The notes under the pieces were generated by a model. It was given only the letters and a program-made list of their open reading frames with translations, had not been told where the DNA came from and did not search any database. This document shows, piece after piece, positions 50,327 to 63,758 of a stretch of DNA of 64,000 bases (positions are counted from its first letter, which is position 1; the number at the start of each line of letters is the position of its first letter). A program made the translations under genes and the position numbers. The stretch lies in NCBI RefSeq assembly GCF_001194135.2, contig NC_068991.1:25559952-25623951 (forward strand). The letters run 5' to 3'. The DNA is from Octopus bimaculoides. Taxonomy: Eukaryota.

Positions 50327-51984
50327 ATATATATATATATATATATATANNNNNNNNNNNNNNNNNNNNNNNNNNNNNNNNNNNNNNNNNNNNNNNNNNN
50401 NNNNNNNNNNNNNNNNNNNNNNNNNNNNNNNNNNNNNNNNNNNNNNNNNNNNNNNNNNNNNNNNNNNNNNNNNNNNNNNNNNNNNNNNNNNNNNNNNNNN
50501 NNNNNNNNNNNNNNNNNNNNNNNNNNNNNNNNNNNNNNNNNNNNNNNNNNNNNNNNNNNNNNNNNNNNNNNNNNNNNNNNNNNNNNNNNNNNNNNNNNNN
50601 NNNNNNNNNNNNNNNNNNNNNNNNNNNNNNNNNNNNNNNNNNNNNNNNNNNNNNNNNNNNNNNNNNNNNNNNNNNNNNNNNNNNNNNNNNNNNNNNNNNN
50701 NNNNNNNNNNNNNNNNNNNNNNNNNNNNNNNNNNNNNNNNNNNNNNNNNNNNNNNNNNNNNNNNNNNNNNNNNNNNNNNNNNNNNNNNNNNNNNNNNNNN
50801 NNNNNNNNNNNNNNNNNNNNNNNNNNNNNNNNNNNNNNNNNNNNNNNNNNNNNNNNNNNNNNNNNNNNNNNNNNNNNNNNNNNNNNNNNNNNNNNNNNNN
50901 NNNNNNNNNNNNNNNNNNNNNNNNNNNNNNNNNNNNNNNNNNNNNNNNNNNNNNNNNNNNNNNNNNNNNNNNNNNNNNNNNNNNNNNNNNNNNNNNNNNN
51001 NNNNNNNNNNNNNNNNNNNNNNNNNNNNNNNNNNNNNNNNNNNNNNNNNNNNNNNNNNNNNNNNNNNNNNNNNNNNNNNNNNNNNNNNNNNNNNNNNNNN
51101 NNNNNNNNNNNNNNNNNNNNNNNNNNNNNNNNNNNNNNNNNNNNNNNNNNNNNNNNNNNNNNNNNNNNNNNNNNNNNNNNNNNNNNNNNNNNNNNNNNNN
51201 NNNNNNNNNNNNNNNNNNNNNNNNNNNNNNNNNNNNNNNNNNNNNNNNNNNNNNNNNNNNNNNNNNNNNNNNNNNNNNNNNNNNNNNNNNNNNNNNTATA
51301 TATATCGGCAAACTAGCAGAATCGTTAGCATGCCGGAGAAAATTCCGCTAAGTATTTTGTCCGGTATATTATCGGTTCTGCCAGCTCACCGCCACCTTCT
51401 TAATAATAAGATTTTTTTTCCTTTTTTTTTTTTTATCAGACGTGTACATCACGATTCCTGCATCAACGAAAACAAATGTCATTTACTTCCTCTGTACGTA
51501 CGTAACTACACCCAAACCAATACTTTAACGACGTTAGCAAATATACGTTGCTTTATGTGGTATTTAGTGTTTTATTTTGTCTACAGTATAATTAGTTTGT
51601 AGTCACAATGACGTCGTTCTATTTCCATCGGGAATGAGATTTACATCAGAGATACACATGAAATACCAGGAGTTGATCATGCTACCCCAGGTAAATCTAT
51701 AAACCTAGGACGCCAGGGAAATTTTGTCTAGCTTTCTACATCTTAATTATACATCTACACTAGGCTTTTTATCAGACAAAAAAAAAATGTTTTTATTTAT
51801 TTATTTTTTTATCTAATATTATTCCTGCATATATTGAACAATATTCTGCACAACTCGCTCCAACTCCATCTCATTCATTAACGAATTCTGAAACTCAATA
51901 AGATTTTTCCTTTCTCCTTAATTCCTTATCTTGCAAAAATCTCTCATCACGCTAACCGCTCCTCATCTCCACTTCCAATGCTAT

Positions 51985-52420
51985 TTCCATTATCACACTT
52001 CCTTCCTTCTTCCCTCCCTCCCTCCCTCCTCACTTCCTTCCTTCATTCAAACATACATTCATATGCCCTCCTTTTCCTCTCCCTCTCCTCTTCGTGTTGT
52101 TCTTTTTCTTCTTCATCATCGTCCTCCACTTCCTACTCCTTTTTCACCTCCTTTTCATTTTCCTCCTAGTTTTCATTTTCCTCCTCCTTTTCATTTTCCT
52201 CCTAGTTTTCATTTTCCTCCTCCTCCTTTTCATTTTCCTCCTCCTTCTCATTTTCCTACTCCACCCTAACCTCTGACCCGTCTCAATTTTTCTTTCTTTC
52301 TCCACGTCATCCTCCGGCTTTCTACTCCTCCTCTTGTGATTTTTCTTTCTCCTTGTCCTCCTCTTTCTGCACCTCCCGTTTCTCCTGTTCCTCCGCTTCC
52401 TTCTCATTTCTTCTCCCCCG
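51985..52420. repeat. Polypyrimidine tract containing an 18-21 bp tandem repeat (TTTTCATTTTCCTCCT[CC/AG]) at about 52140-52262
   Basis: Directly visible, about 6 units. Confidence 0.9.
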
Positions 52421-53453
52421 TGCCCCTACTGCTATTCGTATTCCACTTTGATTATCATCCTACATCATACCCTTAATCTACCATCTAACCCTTACATGCC
52501 ATCCTTCGCCTCTACACTCCCAGATAAACATCTCTTTCATCCTGATGGTGACATAAGCCATCTTCCCCTCACTCACCATCACACTATGTCATCACTACGT
52601 CCCACAGAGTCTGGAACTCCGACATGGCCTGTTATCTTGATGAAATCTCATTGTTGCCACTGATATCTGAATTCTTTGCTTTCCATTCCATTTTACAAAT
52701 ATCTTACAAATACTTTCATTTAATGAATTCGAAAATATTTAAATAATGATTAAAAAATGCAAATGCAATTACAGGGACATGTACGTTTAGTAACACATTC
52801 ATGTACACACAAACACACACACACACACACACATACATACACATACATACACACACACGCGCTCACGCACTCATACGTACATTGAGACACACACACACGC
52901 ACAGACACACACACACACACATAGTGAAGTGTTGGCGCAAAGCAGTGTGTAAGTATGAGCAGAATTAGGTAAGTTGAAATACGGTTGTCACTTATTTCAA
53001 CTGCTAAAAGGCAAATACACGGCAGTCTCCATGACAAACACATTTCAGCTTACCTAATTTTATTCATACTTATGCACTACTTACGCTGACACTTCGTTAT
53101 TTACCTCGGTCAGGCGATCTACTAACGCGAATCAGTCAACGTGTTGACTGAATTATGTATAAAAGCTACGGCTTTATTAAGTTCGTTTAGATAAGCCTTT
53201 CTTAGGTACATCTCATTGATAGGAGCCATTAACTCTCAACATTCATGTCTGAGATTCCTAATAGAAGGCCACACCTTTTTACTATAAGAGAGATTTATCC
53301 TCCACAATAACTGCAGTGTATTTGCCTTTTAGCACTTGAAATATGTGACAAGCATATTTCAGCTGACTTAATTCTGCTCACACGCACGCGCACACACACA
53401 CACACACACGCACACACACACACACATACACACACACACACACACACACATAT

Positions 53454-53490
<37 letters not shown>

Positions 53491-53491
<1 letters not shown>

Positions 53492-53791
53492 TGGCGCAGG
53501 AGTCGCTCTGTGGTAGNNNNNNNNNNNNNNNNNNNNNNNNNNNNNNNNNNNNNNNNNNNNNNNNNNNNNNNNNNNNNNNNNNNNNNNNNNNNNNNNNNNN
53601 NNNNNNNNNNNNNNNNNNNNNNNNNNNNNNNNNNNNNNNNNNNNNNNNNNNNNNNNNNNNNNNNNNNNNNNNNNNNNNNNNNNNNNNNNNNNNNNNNNNN
53701 NNNNNNNNNNNNNNNNNNNNNNNNNNNNNNNNNNNNNNNNNNNNNNNNNNNNNNNNNNNNNNNNNNNNNNNNNNNNNNNNNNNNNNNNNNN

Positions 53792-53884
<93 letters not shown>

Positions 53885-54095
53885 TTCTGTGTCTGTGTTT
53901 GTCCCCCTACATTGCTTGACAACCGATGTTGGTGTGTTTACGTCCCCGTAACTTAGCGGTTCGGCAAAAGAACCTATAGATTAAGTACTAGGCTTACAAC
54001 GAATAAGTCCTGGGGTTGATTTGCTCGACTACAGGTGGTGCTCCAGCATGGCCGAAGTCAAATGACTGAAACAAGTAAAAGAGTAAAGAGTAAGA
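53491..54095 (+). mobile_element. SINE family B copy spanning an N-gap
   Basis: ttggcgcaggagtcgctctgtggtag head; internal (ATCT)/(AT)/(GT) repeats; ggtggtgctccagcatggccgaagtcaaatgactgaaacaagtaaaagag tail. Confidence 0.9.
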
Positions 54096-54458
54096 GTATA
54101 TACACACGCTATATGTACATACATTTATACATACATATGCAGAAATATACACACAGACATGCAAACGTAGTTCGAAAAGAAAGATAGGAAAATGAAATAG
54201 AAGCCTTATCGGTATCGACAAATGGACTGGCAATCACATTTTTTGCTAACGGAAGGAGAGTGACGTGATCGGAAGACCTTCCAGAAATAAGACACAATTT
54301 TGACAATCTTGATCTAAATTCTATGGGAAAAGACTCGTTAATCACGAAATCTGTGATATGTAGGTGATTGATAGGCATACATTTAACTATACATGATAAT
54401 AAAATATATATACATACATACATACATACATACACACATACATACACATAAACACACT

Positions 54459-54514
<56 letters not shown>

Positions 54515-55142
54515 NNNNNNNNNNNNNNNNNNNNNNNNNNNNNNNNNNNNNNNNNNNNNNNNTTTTTTTTTTTTTTTTTTTTATGTGTTTCAGCCAAGTG
54601 GCTGCGGTCATGCTGGTGCACCACCGTGGTATATATGTATATAATAGATAAAAAAGATGAAAATGGAGATCTATTCACATCGAAAACATTATAATATTTT
54701 CTACAGCATATACAACATATGTTTCCACTGCAGTAACTGCATATTGCTCTGTATGCAAATATGCATAGTCGTTCCTGCAATTTCATCAATGATCCATCAC
54801 TTACGATATTTTCAAAGGGAACTTATTCAATTGTGTTGGCATTCAGGTGAAAGCGATAGCGTTACATATTAAATCCAATTGAGTTCTGGACCTATAATCA
54901 CCCCTACTGGTATTACAGTTGAAGCGTGTTTTTAAAATGTTTATTTTGAGTACAATTTATTGTAACAGTTTTGTTTACATTTGCATTTTGCTGTATGGAG
55001 TACATTCAGAGGTGTTTCGCTTATTTAGGGTCTTTACCTTCAATTAATATTATTCTTATTATCATTATTATTTTTATTAGTACTATTTGCATAAACATCA
55101 TTAATTATTACAATCTTTGTTGTAACTAGCACAATTAATACA

Positions 55143-56440
55143 GATGGTGAGTTGTGTTTGTTTAAATTGTTTAAACGTATATTATGTCAACAGTGAACAT
55201 CTTAGATCCTATTCCTGTTTAATGCTTAAAGGAGTAAATTTAGAAGTAAAAATTTGGTACATTTCTTCCACACAAGATTCACATCTATTATCGCCTATTG
55301 TATAAGGTTTTGCCTTGCTAATCATTTCCCAAGCAATCGAAAATACTTTGTTACTAGCTTTTAGTGCCCAGATTAGGTAATAAGTCTAGTAGTATTCATT
55401 GTGTTCCTATGACTGAACTAATTTAATTAATTGGCTTTATTTGTTTAATATAACATGAGCTAGCTCCAATATCGAAATACTCCGTATCCTCATAGGTAAT
55501 CTTACATCTGTGTATAATATTTTAATACCTACTATTTTGAGTTAGGCGGTCAGACCTCATTCCTTGCATAATAGCATTTGATAGTTCTACTTCTATTAAT
55601 AGTTTCCGCTTTATCTTCTCTAGATGTGATTTCTACATTCTCCCGTATATCTTCTGAGCTATTACTGTTTCCACACAGACAACATTCTGAGTACTGCGCT
55701 TTTTAGGTTTCACATCTTCTACTTCGGGACTAATGTGGGAGTTTGTTCGGGTAGCTTCTATTTTATTGGTTGTCAAACCATAGCCCTTATCTTGACACCT
55801 AGTTTTGTTACTTATGGTCTGTTCGCTTATGTTGACATTGTTGCTATTAAATGAGCTATATTATTTTAGATACTATTGTTGTTACTGTTTATATAGAAAC
55901 TGTTAAATCTACTAGCGCCGTGTGCCACTATAATTTGTGCCAGACTTTTGCTATTAGAAAAGGCTAGCTTAATTCTATGTTAAATAATTCCATAGTATTT
56001 CCTGTCTTTTGGAAAATGTTTAGCTAATGCCGAATAGACTAATCTTGGTATAATGGAAGTTATTTATAAATGTAAATTATTTGTATATAATTCCGAAAGG
56101 AATTATATACCACTAGATATAGCTAGAGGTATCTATGATATTGAAGTATGTATTTCAATTCCTACCTAAGGCTTTGAAAAAGTATGTAACGCATTCGAAT
56201 ATTTGCATTTCTGAATAGTAACACGGAACTAATCAACAAGTGAAACCTACAAGTAACGGTATCTGTTTTAAACTTGAGTACTATGTAATTGGACTCTTGT
56301 GGATAGCCGGCATTATTTGTGAAATAATACGGTATCCACCAGGATAATCTATCACATTCATATATATAGTAATTTGGAAGGTAATCCAATATAGAATACA
56401 ATGTCGGGGATTGATTCCAGAGGAAGCGACTTAAGGTTTT
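55143..56440 (-). mobile_element. Degraded Penelope-like element (RT C-terminus + GIY-YIG endonuclease)
   Basis: Minus-strand fragments: DYLPN...RLS...FTNNAGY; FPKDRKYYGII*HRIKLAFSNSKSLAQIIVAH; NIIHRCKITYEDTEYFDIGAS (GIY-YIG-like, 55460-55520); IWALKASNKVFSIAWEMISKAKPYTIGDNRCESCVEEMYQI. Many stops and frameshifts. Confidence 0.75.
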
Positions 56441-56525
56441 GAAGATATATATATATGTGTATGTGTGTGTATATTGGTGTGTAAGTGTGCATGTGTGCGT
56501 GTGCGTTTCTGTATTATATATACAT

Positions 56526-56589
<64 letters not shown>

Positions 56590-57461
56590 GTATATATATA
56601 TATATATATATATAGGAGAGTATTGTAGTTCGCTTGAAGCACTGTGTATTATTTGTAAAGAATAAAAAGTTTTGAATTGACCAAATTTGGCCAAATGCGT
56701 TTGTTTTTTCTATATTTATTTTTGCTTGCTATAATCGGTTCTTTTGGCCAATCTCTTGTATCACCAGCTGCTTCAGATGCCAAGATATCAACAATTGTGA
56801 AAGTGTAGTACAACGGCTTTGCTATGGAATGGTGAGGTTATTTCATTCTGTGAAAAAGCAAACGTTTTGGTCTTGAAACACTTTTGCATAACAACAATAT
56901 ATATATAAATATATATGTGTATGCGTGTGTGTGCCTTTGAATATGTGTTTATCCTTCACCACCGTTGGAGAACCGGTGCTGTTGTGTTTACGTCCCCATA
57001 ACCTAGCAGTTCGGCAAAACAAAATGATAGAATAAGTACTGACCTTAATAATAAGTCGTGGTGTCGATTTGTTGAACTACAACAAACTAAAACAGCAAAA
57101 GAATATTTATATATTTGCGTGTGTTCGTGTTTGAGACACCCGTATCGATGTGACGTAAGTAGCAATTAGATATATGAGGATATAAAAATGAATAATTCTA
57201 TATATTCATGGACGTCATAAAAAGCAGGAGAGTGATAAATTGTTAATTGTCGCTCAGATAACGCTGCTATTGTACGGCTTCTTTGTGACAATGTTTCAAC
57301 ATGACATTCAGACTCTCACGATAAATGCTTATTAGTTCGTTTTCTCTGCATCTCCGCCTCTTTATCTCTTCCTCTGTATATATATTGTATATATGTTCTA
57401 CACCCCCACCCTACCCCCACATACATATATATTGCATATACGCTATATATATCTATGTATA

Positions 57462-57499
<38 letters not shown>

Positions 57500-58204
57500 C
57501 ACACACAAATACACACTCTGGAATGTTTAAGAGAAACGATAGAAGCTATATTGTTTGCTTCCTCTCAGTCCTCTCAGTGTAAGTTATAGACTTGTCAGTG
57601 CAGTCGTTGAAATTATATCTTCTTTGACTATATTAATGAACCCAATGTGGATGTTTTCATACACACACACGCACGCACACACACGCATGCACACACACAC
57701 ACGTGCACATATATATGCATGTATATATGCATATATGTATATGTGCATGTATATTGTATGCTTCTGTATTTGCGTTTATATATCATGTTTATATATATAT
57801 ATGTATATATGTGTGTGTGTGTATACATATATAATGTGTGTGTGCGTATATATATATATATATACATATGTATATATATATATATAGATATATATGTAAA
57901 TATATCTATATCGAGGGAGAAAGCTAGCTAGCTAACTAGATAGATACATGTACATTTGTATTTGTATGTGTGAATACTACTAATATAGACCATTATATTA
58001 AGTATCTATACTAGACGAGTATGTCATTATTTTAAATATTATGCCTAGCAAATGCAATCCTCATATACTATGGCCATAATATATTATTTCACGTTTGAGA
58101 ATTAAATCACAAGCGTTTGTTATTTAGAGGATAGAAAGACGATGTGTAGCAAAATATCGAACTGGATATCGTTTTTGAACTCAAGGATTTGTATATTCCT
58201 CCAC

Positions 58205-58410
58205 TTGTTTTAGTCACTTGACTGCGGCCATACTGGAGCACCGCCTTGAAGAGTGTTTCAGTCGAACAAATCGACTTCAGGATTTATTTCTAAAGCCTAG
58301 TACTCATTCTATTTGTACTCATTCTATTCTATTCTAACCGCTAAATTACGGGAAGTAAACACACCAACACCGGTCGTCAAGCGGTGATGGGGACAAGCAC
58401 AGACACACAC
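58205..58410 (-). mobile_element. SINE family B 3' half
   Basis: gactgcggccatactggagcaccgcc...ccgctaaattacggg...accggtcgtcaagcggtgatgggg. Confidence 0.8.
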
Positions 58411-58985
58411 ATATATATAGGTAAAATATAAAATATAGGTAAAATATACAAATAAATTATGTAGAGCATGAGAATACCACATGTTAGAAATAAGAGCTAA
58501 CACTCCAAAACCTTCTGTAGTTCATAAAATATAAGCCTATTTGTGTTATATTCGTTACATTCTCCCCGTGTATTTTAATAGTAAGAAATTGGTGGTTTTG
58601 GACTGTTAGCTCTTATTTCTAGCAAGTGGTATTCTTATACCCTACAATTATATATAGTTATATTAATATATCTTTATATAGGTGTGGCTATGTGGTAGGA
58701 AACTGGGCTTCTGTCAGTTTCTGTCTATGAAATACACTCACAAAAGCTTTGCTCGACCCGAGGCTATCGTAGAAGGAACTTGATCAAGATGCCACGCAGT
58801 GGGGCTGAACCAAAAAGCATGTAAATGGAAAGTCTGCGCCTAAAATCCATGCATAAATGGTATATATAGCTCGAGAAACCGTGTTTGAAGTTACTTTCGT
58901 GCTCTTGTAGGTTTTGTTCATAGTAAATGACTAAATATGATTAAGTGTAACCGTTCAAGGGGTATTTCTCAGTATTCAAAGAATT

Positions 58986-59376
58986 TGTTGTTGTTGTTGG
59001 CACTCCGTTGCTTACGACGTCGAGGGTTCCAGTTGATCCGATCAATGGAACAACCTGCTCGTGAAATTAACGTGCAAGTGGCTGAGCACTCCACAGACAC
59101 GTGTACCCTTAACGTAGTTCTCGGGGAGATTCAGCGTGACACAGTGTGACAAGGCTGGCCCTTTGAAATACAGGCACAACAGAAACAGGAAGAAAGAGTG
59201 AGAGAAAGTTGTGGTGAAAGAGTACAGCAGGGTTCGCCACCATCCCCTGCCGGGGCCTCGTGGGGCTTTAGGTGTTTTCGCTCAATAAACACTCACAACG
59301 CCCGGTCTGGGAATCGAAACCGCGATCCTATGACTGCAAGTACGCTGCCCTAACCAATGGGCCATTGCGCCTCGAC
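58986..59376 (-). mobile_element. Full-length SINE family C with a 12-bp target-site duplication
   Basis: tRNA-like head (gaggcgcaatggcccattggttagggcag...ggtttcgattccc), (AAC)n tail, and TSD ATTCAAAGAATT at 58974-58985 and 59377-59388. Confidence 0.95.
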
Positions 59377-61334
59377 ATTCAAAGAATTACACACAGTATA
59401 ATCTGCTCGTAATTGCAATTTAGAAGTTAAAACATTTAACATTAGTTGTACATTTACAACTAATTTTAACACTATTTCTATTAATCAAAATTCTTTTTTG
59501 CTTTCTATGAAATCTTTATCAGTTTGCTCTAAAATGTATCCACTTATATTACATGTGACATTGAAGAATAAACGAAATCATATTGAGATTTTAATTTTGT
59601 TGAAGGTTTATCAATGGTTACATAACAAAGTGCGTTTTCGAATATTATAAAAGTATCTTAGAATTTTTATTGAGGTACATGTATCTTTTTTTAATTATTG
59701 GGCTTCCTATAGAGTTGTTAACTACTAATTATAACGTCTAAAGACATCCATATACATGGCAATTCAGTTCTTCATGAATACTTTCATACTAAAACAGAAA
59801 TCTTTGACAGTACTCATTAATTTTCCTAATTAATAATAATTGTTGAATTAATACCCGAAAGCTAATCCGCACACGCGCGCGCACTGACACTTACACGCAC
59901 AACATACAATTACATACGCAAGCATACATGTACACACACATACACACACATACACCTATATCTTTGTGTTTTAAATTTTATAGCAAATGTTCTTTGAAAA
60001 TGCAAAAGAGAAGAGTGGTGGATTGGAAAAATCGTTAGTCAGAAGAAATGCCTCGTGATATTTATTCCAGGTATTTTTGTGTTGTAAGTTCAAATCCAAT
60101 CTGGTCAACTTGGACTTTAGTCTCTTGGTGGTCGATAAAATAAGTATCAGTTAGATACTGGGATGGATGGTATCGACTATCCCTCCCAACCCCTCTCAAA
60201 TTTGTTGGCCGTGTACCTAAACGAGAAGCCGTTATGTTAATAAGAAAAAGCATTCACAAGTCAGCCCTAATTTAAACACCTACCTAACCCCAAACGTGTC
60301 ATTGATACCCTTAAAAAGAGCAAAGTCTTCATTGAAAAGTAATCCTTCTCAATGGATTGTTGAATCATTCGTACAACTTTGTACCCAACTGCTTAATAAA
60401 ATGTTTTATTTATTTATTATTCATTATCGTGCTAAAATTATATATTTTATTGTGCATCCCGAATTAAAAGTTTGGAGACAGTTATCTCCATAATTGAATA
60501 TGAACAGTTTTTTGTTGTTGATCGGTTAATGGGTTCTGATTTCCTTGTAGAATAATTATAATGCACATAAATAAATAAATAAATACGAAAAATAAAAGAA
60601 ATCGGCTTGCACCACAGCAAACTAAATCTAAACAGTTTCAGTGAACTTCCCTCTGAAAGTATATTTATACAGTGATATTTTGGCATTTATAATATTTCAA
60701 TATCATCATAATTGGGAGAACAGATTCCTTATTGACTACTTAATACTACCTGTTTATTCGCTTCCTGATATTAATATGTTCGTATTTCTATTTACAACTA
60801 CACATAGAACACAAAAATGAGCAGACTGTTGGTAAAAACAACAAAACAAATGTACGTATAGCAAACAAAACCCGCAACACAACGCGTAAGAGATTTCATG
60901 GGTCACCTAAGATGCTTCAAGAAAAGTCTAGAGAATTCAGTTGAGAAAGCGATTGGAGTATGGGATGTGAATAGATCCAGGAGATGCTCTGGTCTACTCA
61001 ACGTGGTCCCGTCGTAATTTAGTGTGGATAACATTGAACCTGATCTGATTGAACCCGATAGAACCTAATTGAATCTGTAAACCTGATCTAACATTTTTGC
61101 ATTCCCTGTTAATCCTTTTGGATAATACAATTTGAATGAATGTACGCTTCTGATGAATAAACAAAGTATCATTATTTTTATTATTTTATTCCTTGTTTCG
61201 AGAGTTTTGCACAATCACCTGCGATCTGGCTTTTTGTAATATTAATGCTGGTAAATTTCCGAAATTCGATATTTAGAAATCAGTTATTTAAATTTAGTTT
61301 AGTGAATTACCTGTCCCTTAATGTGAAAAAACGT

Positions 61335-61570
61335 TGATGGTTCCACTCTCATGTGCATCGTTTGCATGATTCTGAAGCAGAATCAGCGTGATATAGTGTA
61401 ATATAGTGTGTGACAAGGCTGTAAATTTGGAAGTACTGGCACAATCCAACCGACAGGCTTCTATGTAGTTTCTGTCTATTTTCACTGTATTTGTTCAAGG
61501 TGCCACCCAATGTAATTTAACGCTAGACCTCGTAGTTGCGAACATAATTTCTTAAACATTCGGCCATACT
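61335..61570 (-). mobile_element. Old SINE with a family-B-like head and a family-C-like 3' module
   Basis: cagcgtga...gtgtgacaaggctg (family C) joined to gtttctgtcta...gttcaaggtgccac...cggccatac (family-B head). Confidence 0.5.
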
Positions 61571-63254
61571 GTGCTAACTTTAGTAACATACAACATATTA
61601 TACCATATTGAAAATTATAGTAATAATAGTTGCAGCGTTGTTAGTGTTGTTTAGACCCAGTCGAGTCATTAACAAGAAGGTGTATGATCCATGGCTTTTT
61701 CATCGTAGACATTGTGTTTTTACTCTAGGCACTATATCTATGACTAAGTTATCAAATATGTTGTTCCTTTCTTTACAACAGGTGTGAATTGCAAAATACT
61801 TGTCAATTACTTTCAGCTCCTTTGCAGGTTAACTAAACACTGTATTGCTGATAATGGAACTAGTTGAGACTTTAACTAGCAGAGCTATAGGGAATGGCAG
61901 TTCTACTGTAACTCTTCTGCTTTTTATTCAAGGCACTATATCTATGACTATATTAACTGTGATATTCTGTTTTTAAACCATATGGGTATGAATTCGACAA
62001 CTATTTGTCTGCTATTTCTAGCATCCAGAAGCCCTGTTGCTGGTTAACTAGACATTGTATTGCTTATAGCGGCAAACCTAGATGTCGTTTCTACTTAGTA
62101 TTTCTAACGAATGTAATCATATCAGTCGATATTCAGTCAGACCAACTTCCTCTTTCATCATATTAAATGTAATAAAGTAAGTGTATCACTCACATCAATT
62201 ATTCTAGAGTTGTTTTTTCCTCAAGAGACATCAAATTATTGAGACTGTTGGCAGATCTGATCATTTTCTGCAAGCATGAGTGATACAATATAAGAAATCC
62301 ACTTCAGAATTCAATCATAAGTTTACAATCACGCAATTCATTCTGTAGTTATCACTAACCAAATGTCAAGAAAAGTTTATATGTTTAAAACACAAAGAGG
62401 AATTGAGTGAGACATTGGGCATGCGTGTTCCTGGAAATGTATTACTTCAACCCATTCACATTCTTCTTGAATTATAAATCTGAAGTGTTATTCTTTTACA
62501 ACTGTTGGCAACTGGAATTTGGTGGGAGATGAATGGCTTTATTACGTTAAGACTCTTGTGAAACGATCCAGCACCATTAATTTCTCTTTTGCTTTCTGAA
62601 GTAAAATGAAAGTCTGACACTCAATTGGAAATTATTTCAGAAAAGAATCGAAAGTGATTTGTGCATAAACCTTTGAGTTCACTCCTGGTTGTCCATTAAA
62701 ACATCTCCCTGTTCAGCCAAACAGGGAAACTCACATGCTACGTCGTAGCTCGGCGTGCTGAAAATAACAACCAGACATCTTTTAATCTAGTGTCATAAAA
62801 ATGGAATTACACCCTGAATAAAATAGTTCTAGATATAATGTCTGAATAAACGATGGGATCAGTGATCAAATGTGTTCTCGTTCAGTGCTGGCTGATGGGT
62901 AGACAACAACAGCAGCAGCAGCAAAAACAAAAGTAGCAATAATAACCCACCGCTCAAGAAGAGGATGCTCTTTCCGACGGATTAAGCTTACTACAAGAAT
63001 GCAATAATATTCCGTCTGACAGATTTACTATTTCCTACGAAGAAACGTCTTTGATCAACCGGCAACTATAGTAGATGAGACATGCCAGGACTGTCTTGCA
63101 GTGGGATCGAACTAAATAAAGCCATGTGAAAACGAAGTTAATCATTTAACCACAAACCATATCTTGGCTCAAAACACAGAAGTACACTTGTATTTTTAAC
63201 ACTAAATATTATATCAAAATGAACAGTTGAATATTATTTTCAGTTGTTTTCGTA

Positions 63255-63685
63255 AAGCGGCAATGATTTGTCGATGGAATCAATAATAACCGGCATTTCT
63301 TCTGGTTCTGTATGTTACGAGTTTAAATTCCACCGTGGTCGGTTTTGTTTTTCATTCCCTACGGATCAATAAAATAAGTACTTGTTAGGCATTGGGGTCG
63401 TTGAAGTCGATATTTAGCCCTCCCGCTAAAAGTGCTGGCCTTGTATAAAAATTTGAAACAAGCTGACAGAATCATCTTCGCGTCAGACGAAATACTTCGC
63501 GGAATTTCTTCCAGATCTTAACATGCAAAGCTCCAATTCTGTCGAGGTGGACTTTACCGTTACTCCTTTAGCGGGGGGGGGGGCGATAAAATGAGTACTC
63601 GTCGAGTATTGAAGTTGATGCGTTTGACTTGCCCACTTCTCTCAAAATTGCAGGACTTATAACAGAATTCGAAACTAAGATCATT
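63255..63685 (+). mobile_element. Two tandem SINE family A copies (about 63255-63460 and 63461-63685)
   Basis: Each has an aataaaataagtac / gataaaatgagtac core and an aaaatt...gaaac tail; the second ends in (ATT)n. Confidence 0.75.
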
Positions 63686-63720
63686 ATTGTTATTATTATT
63701 ATTATCATTATTATGATTAC

Positions 63721-63757
<37 letters not shown>

Positions 63758-63758
63758 T

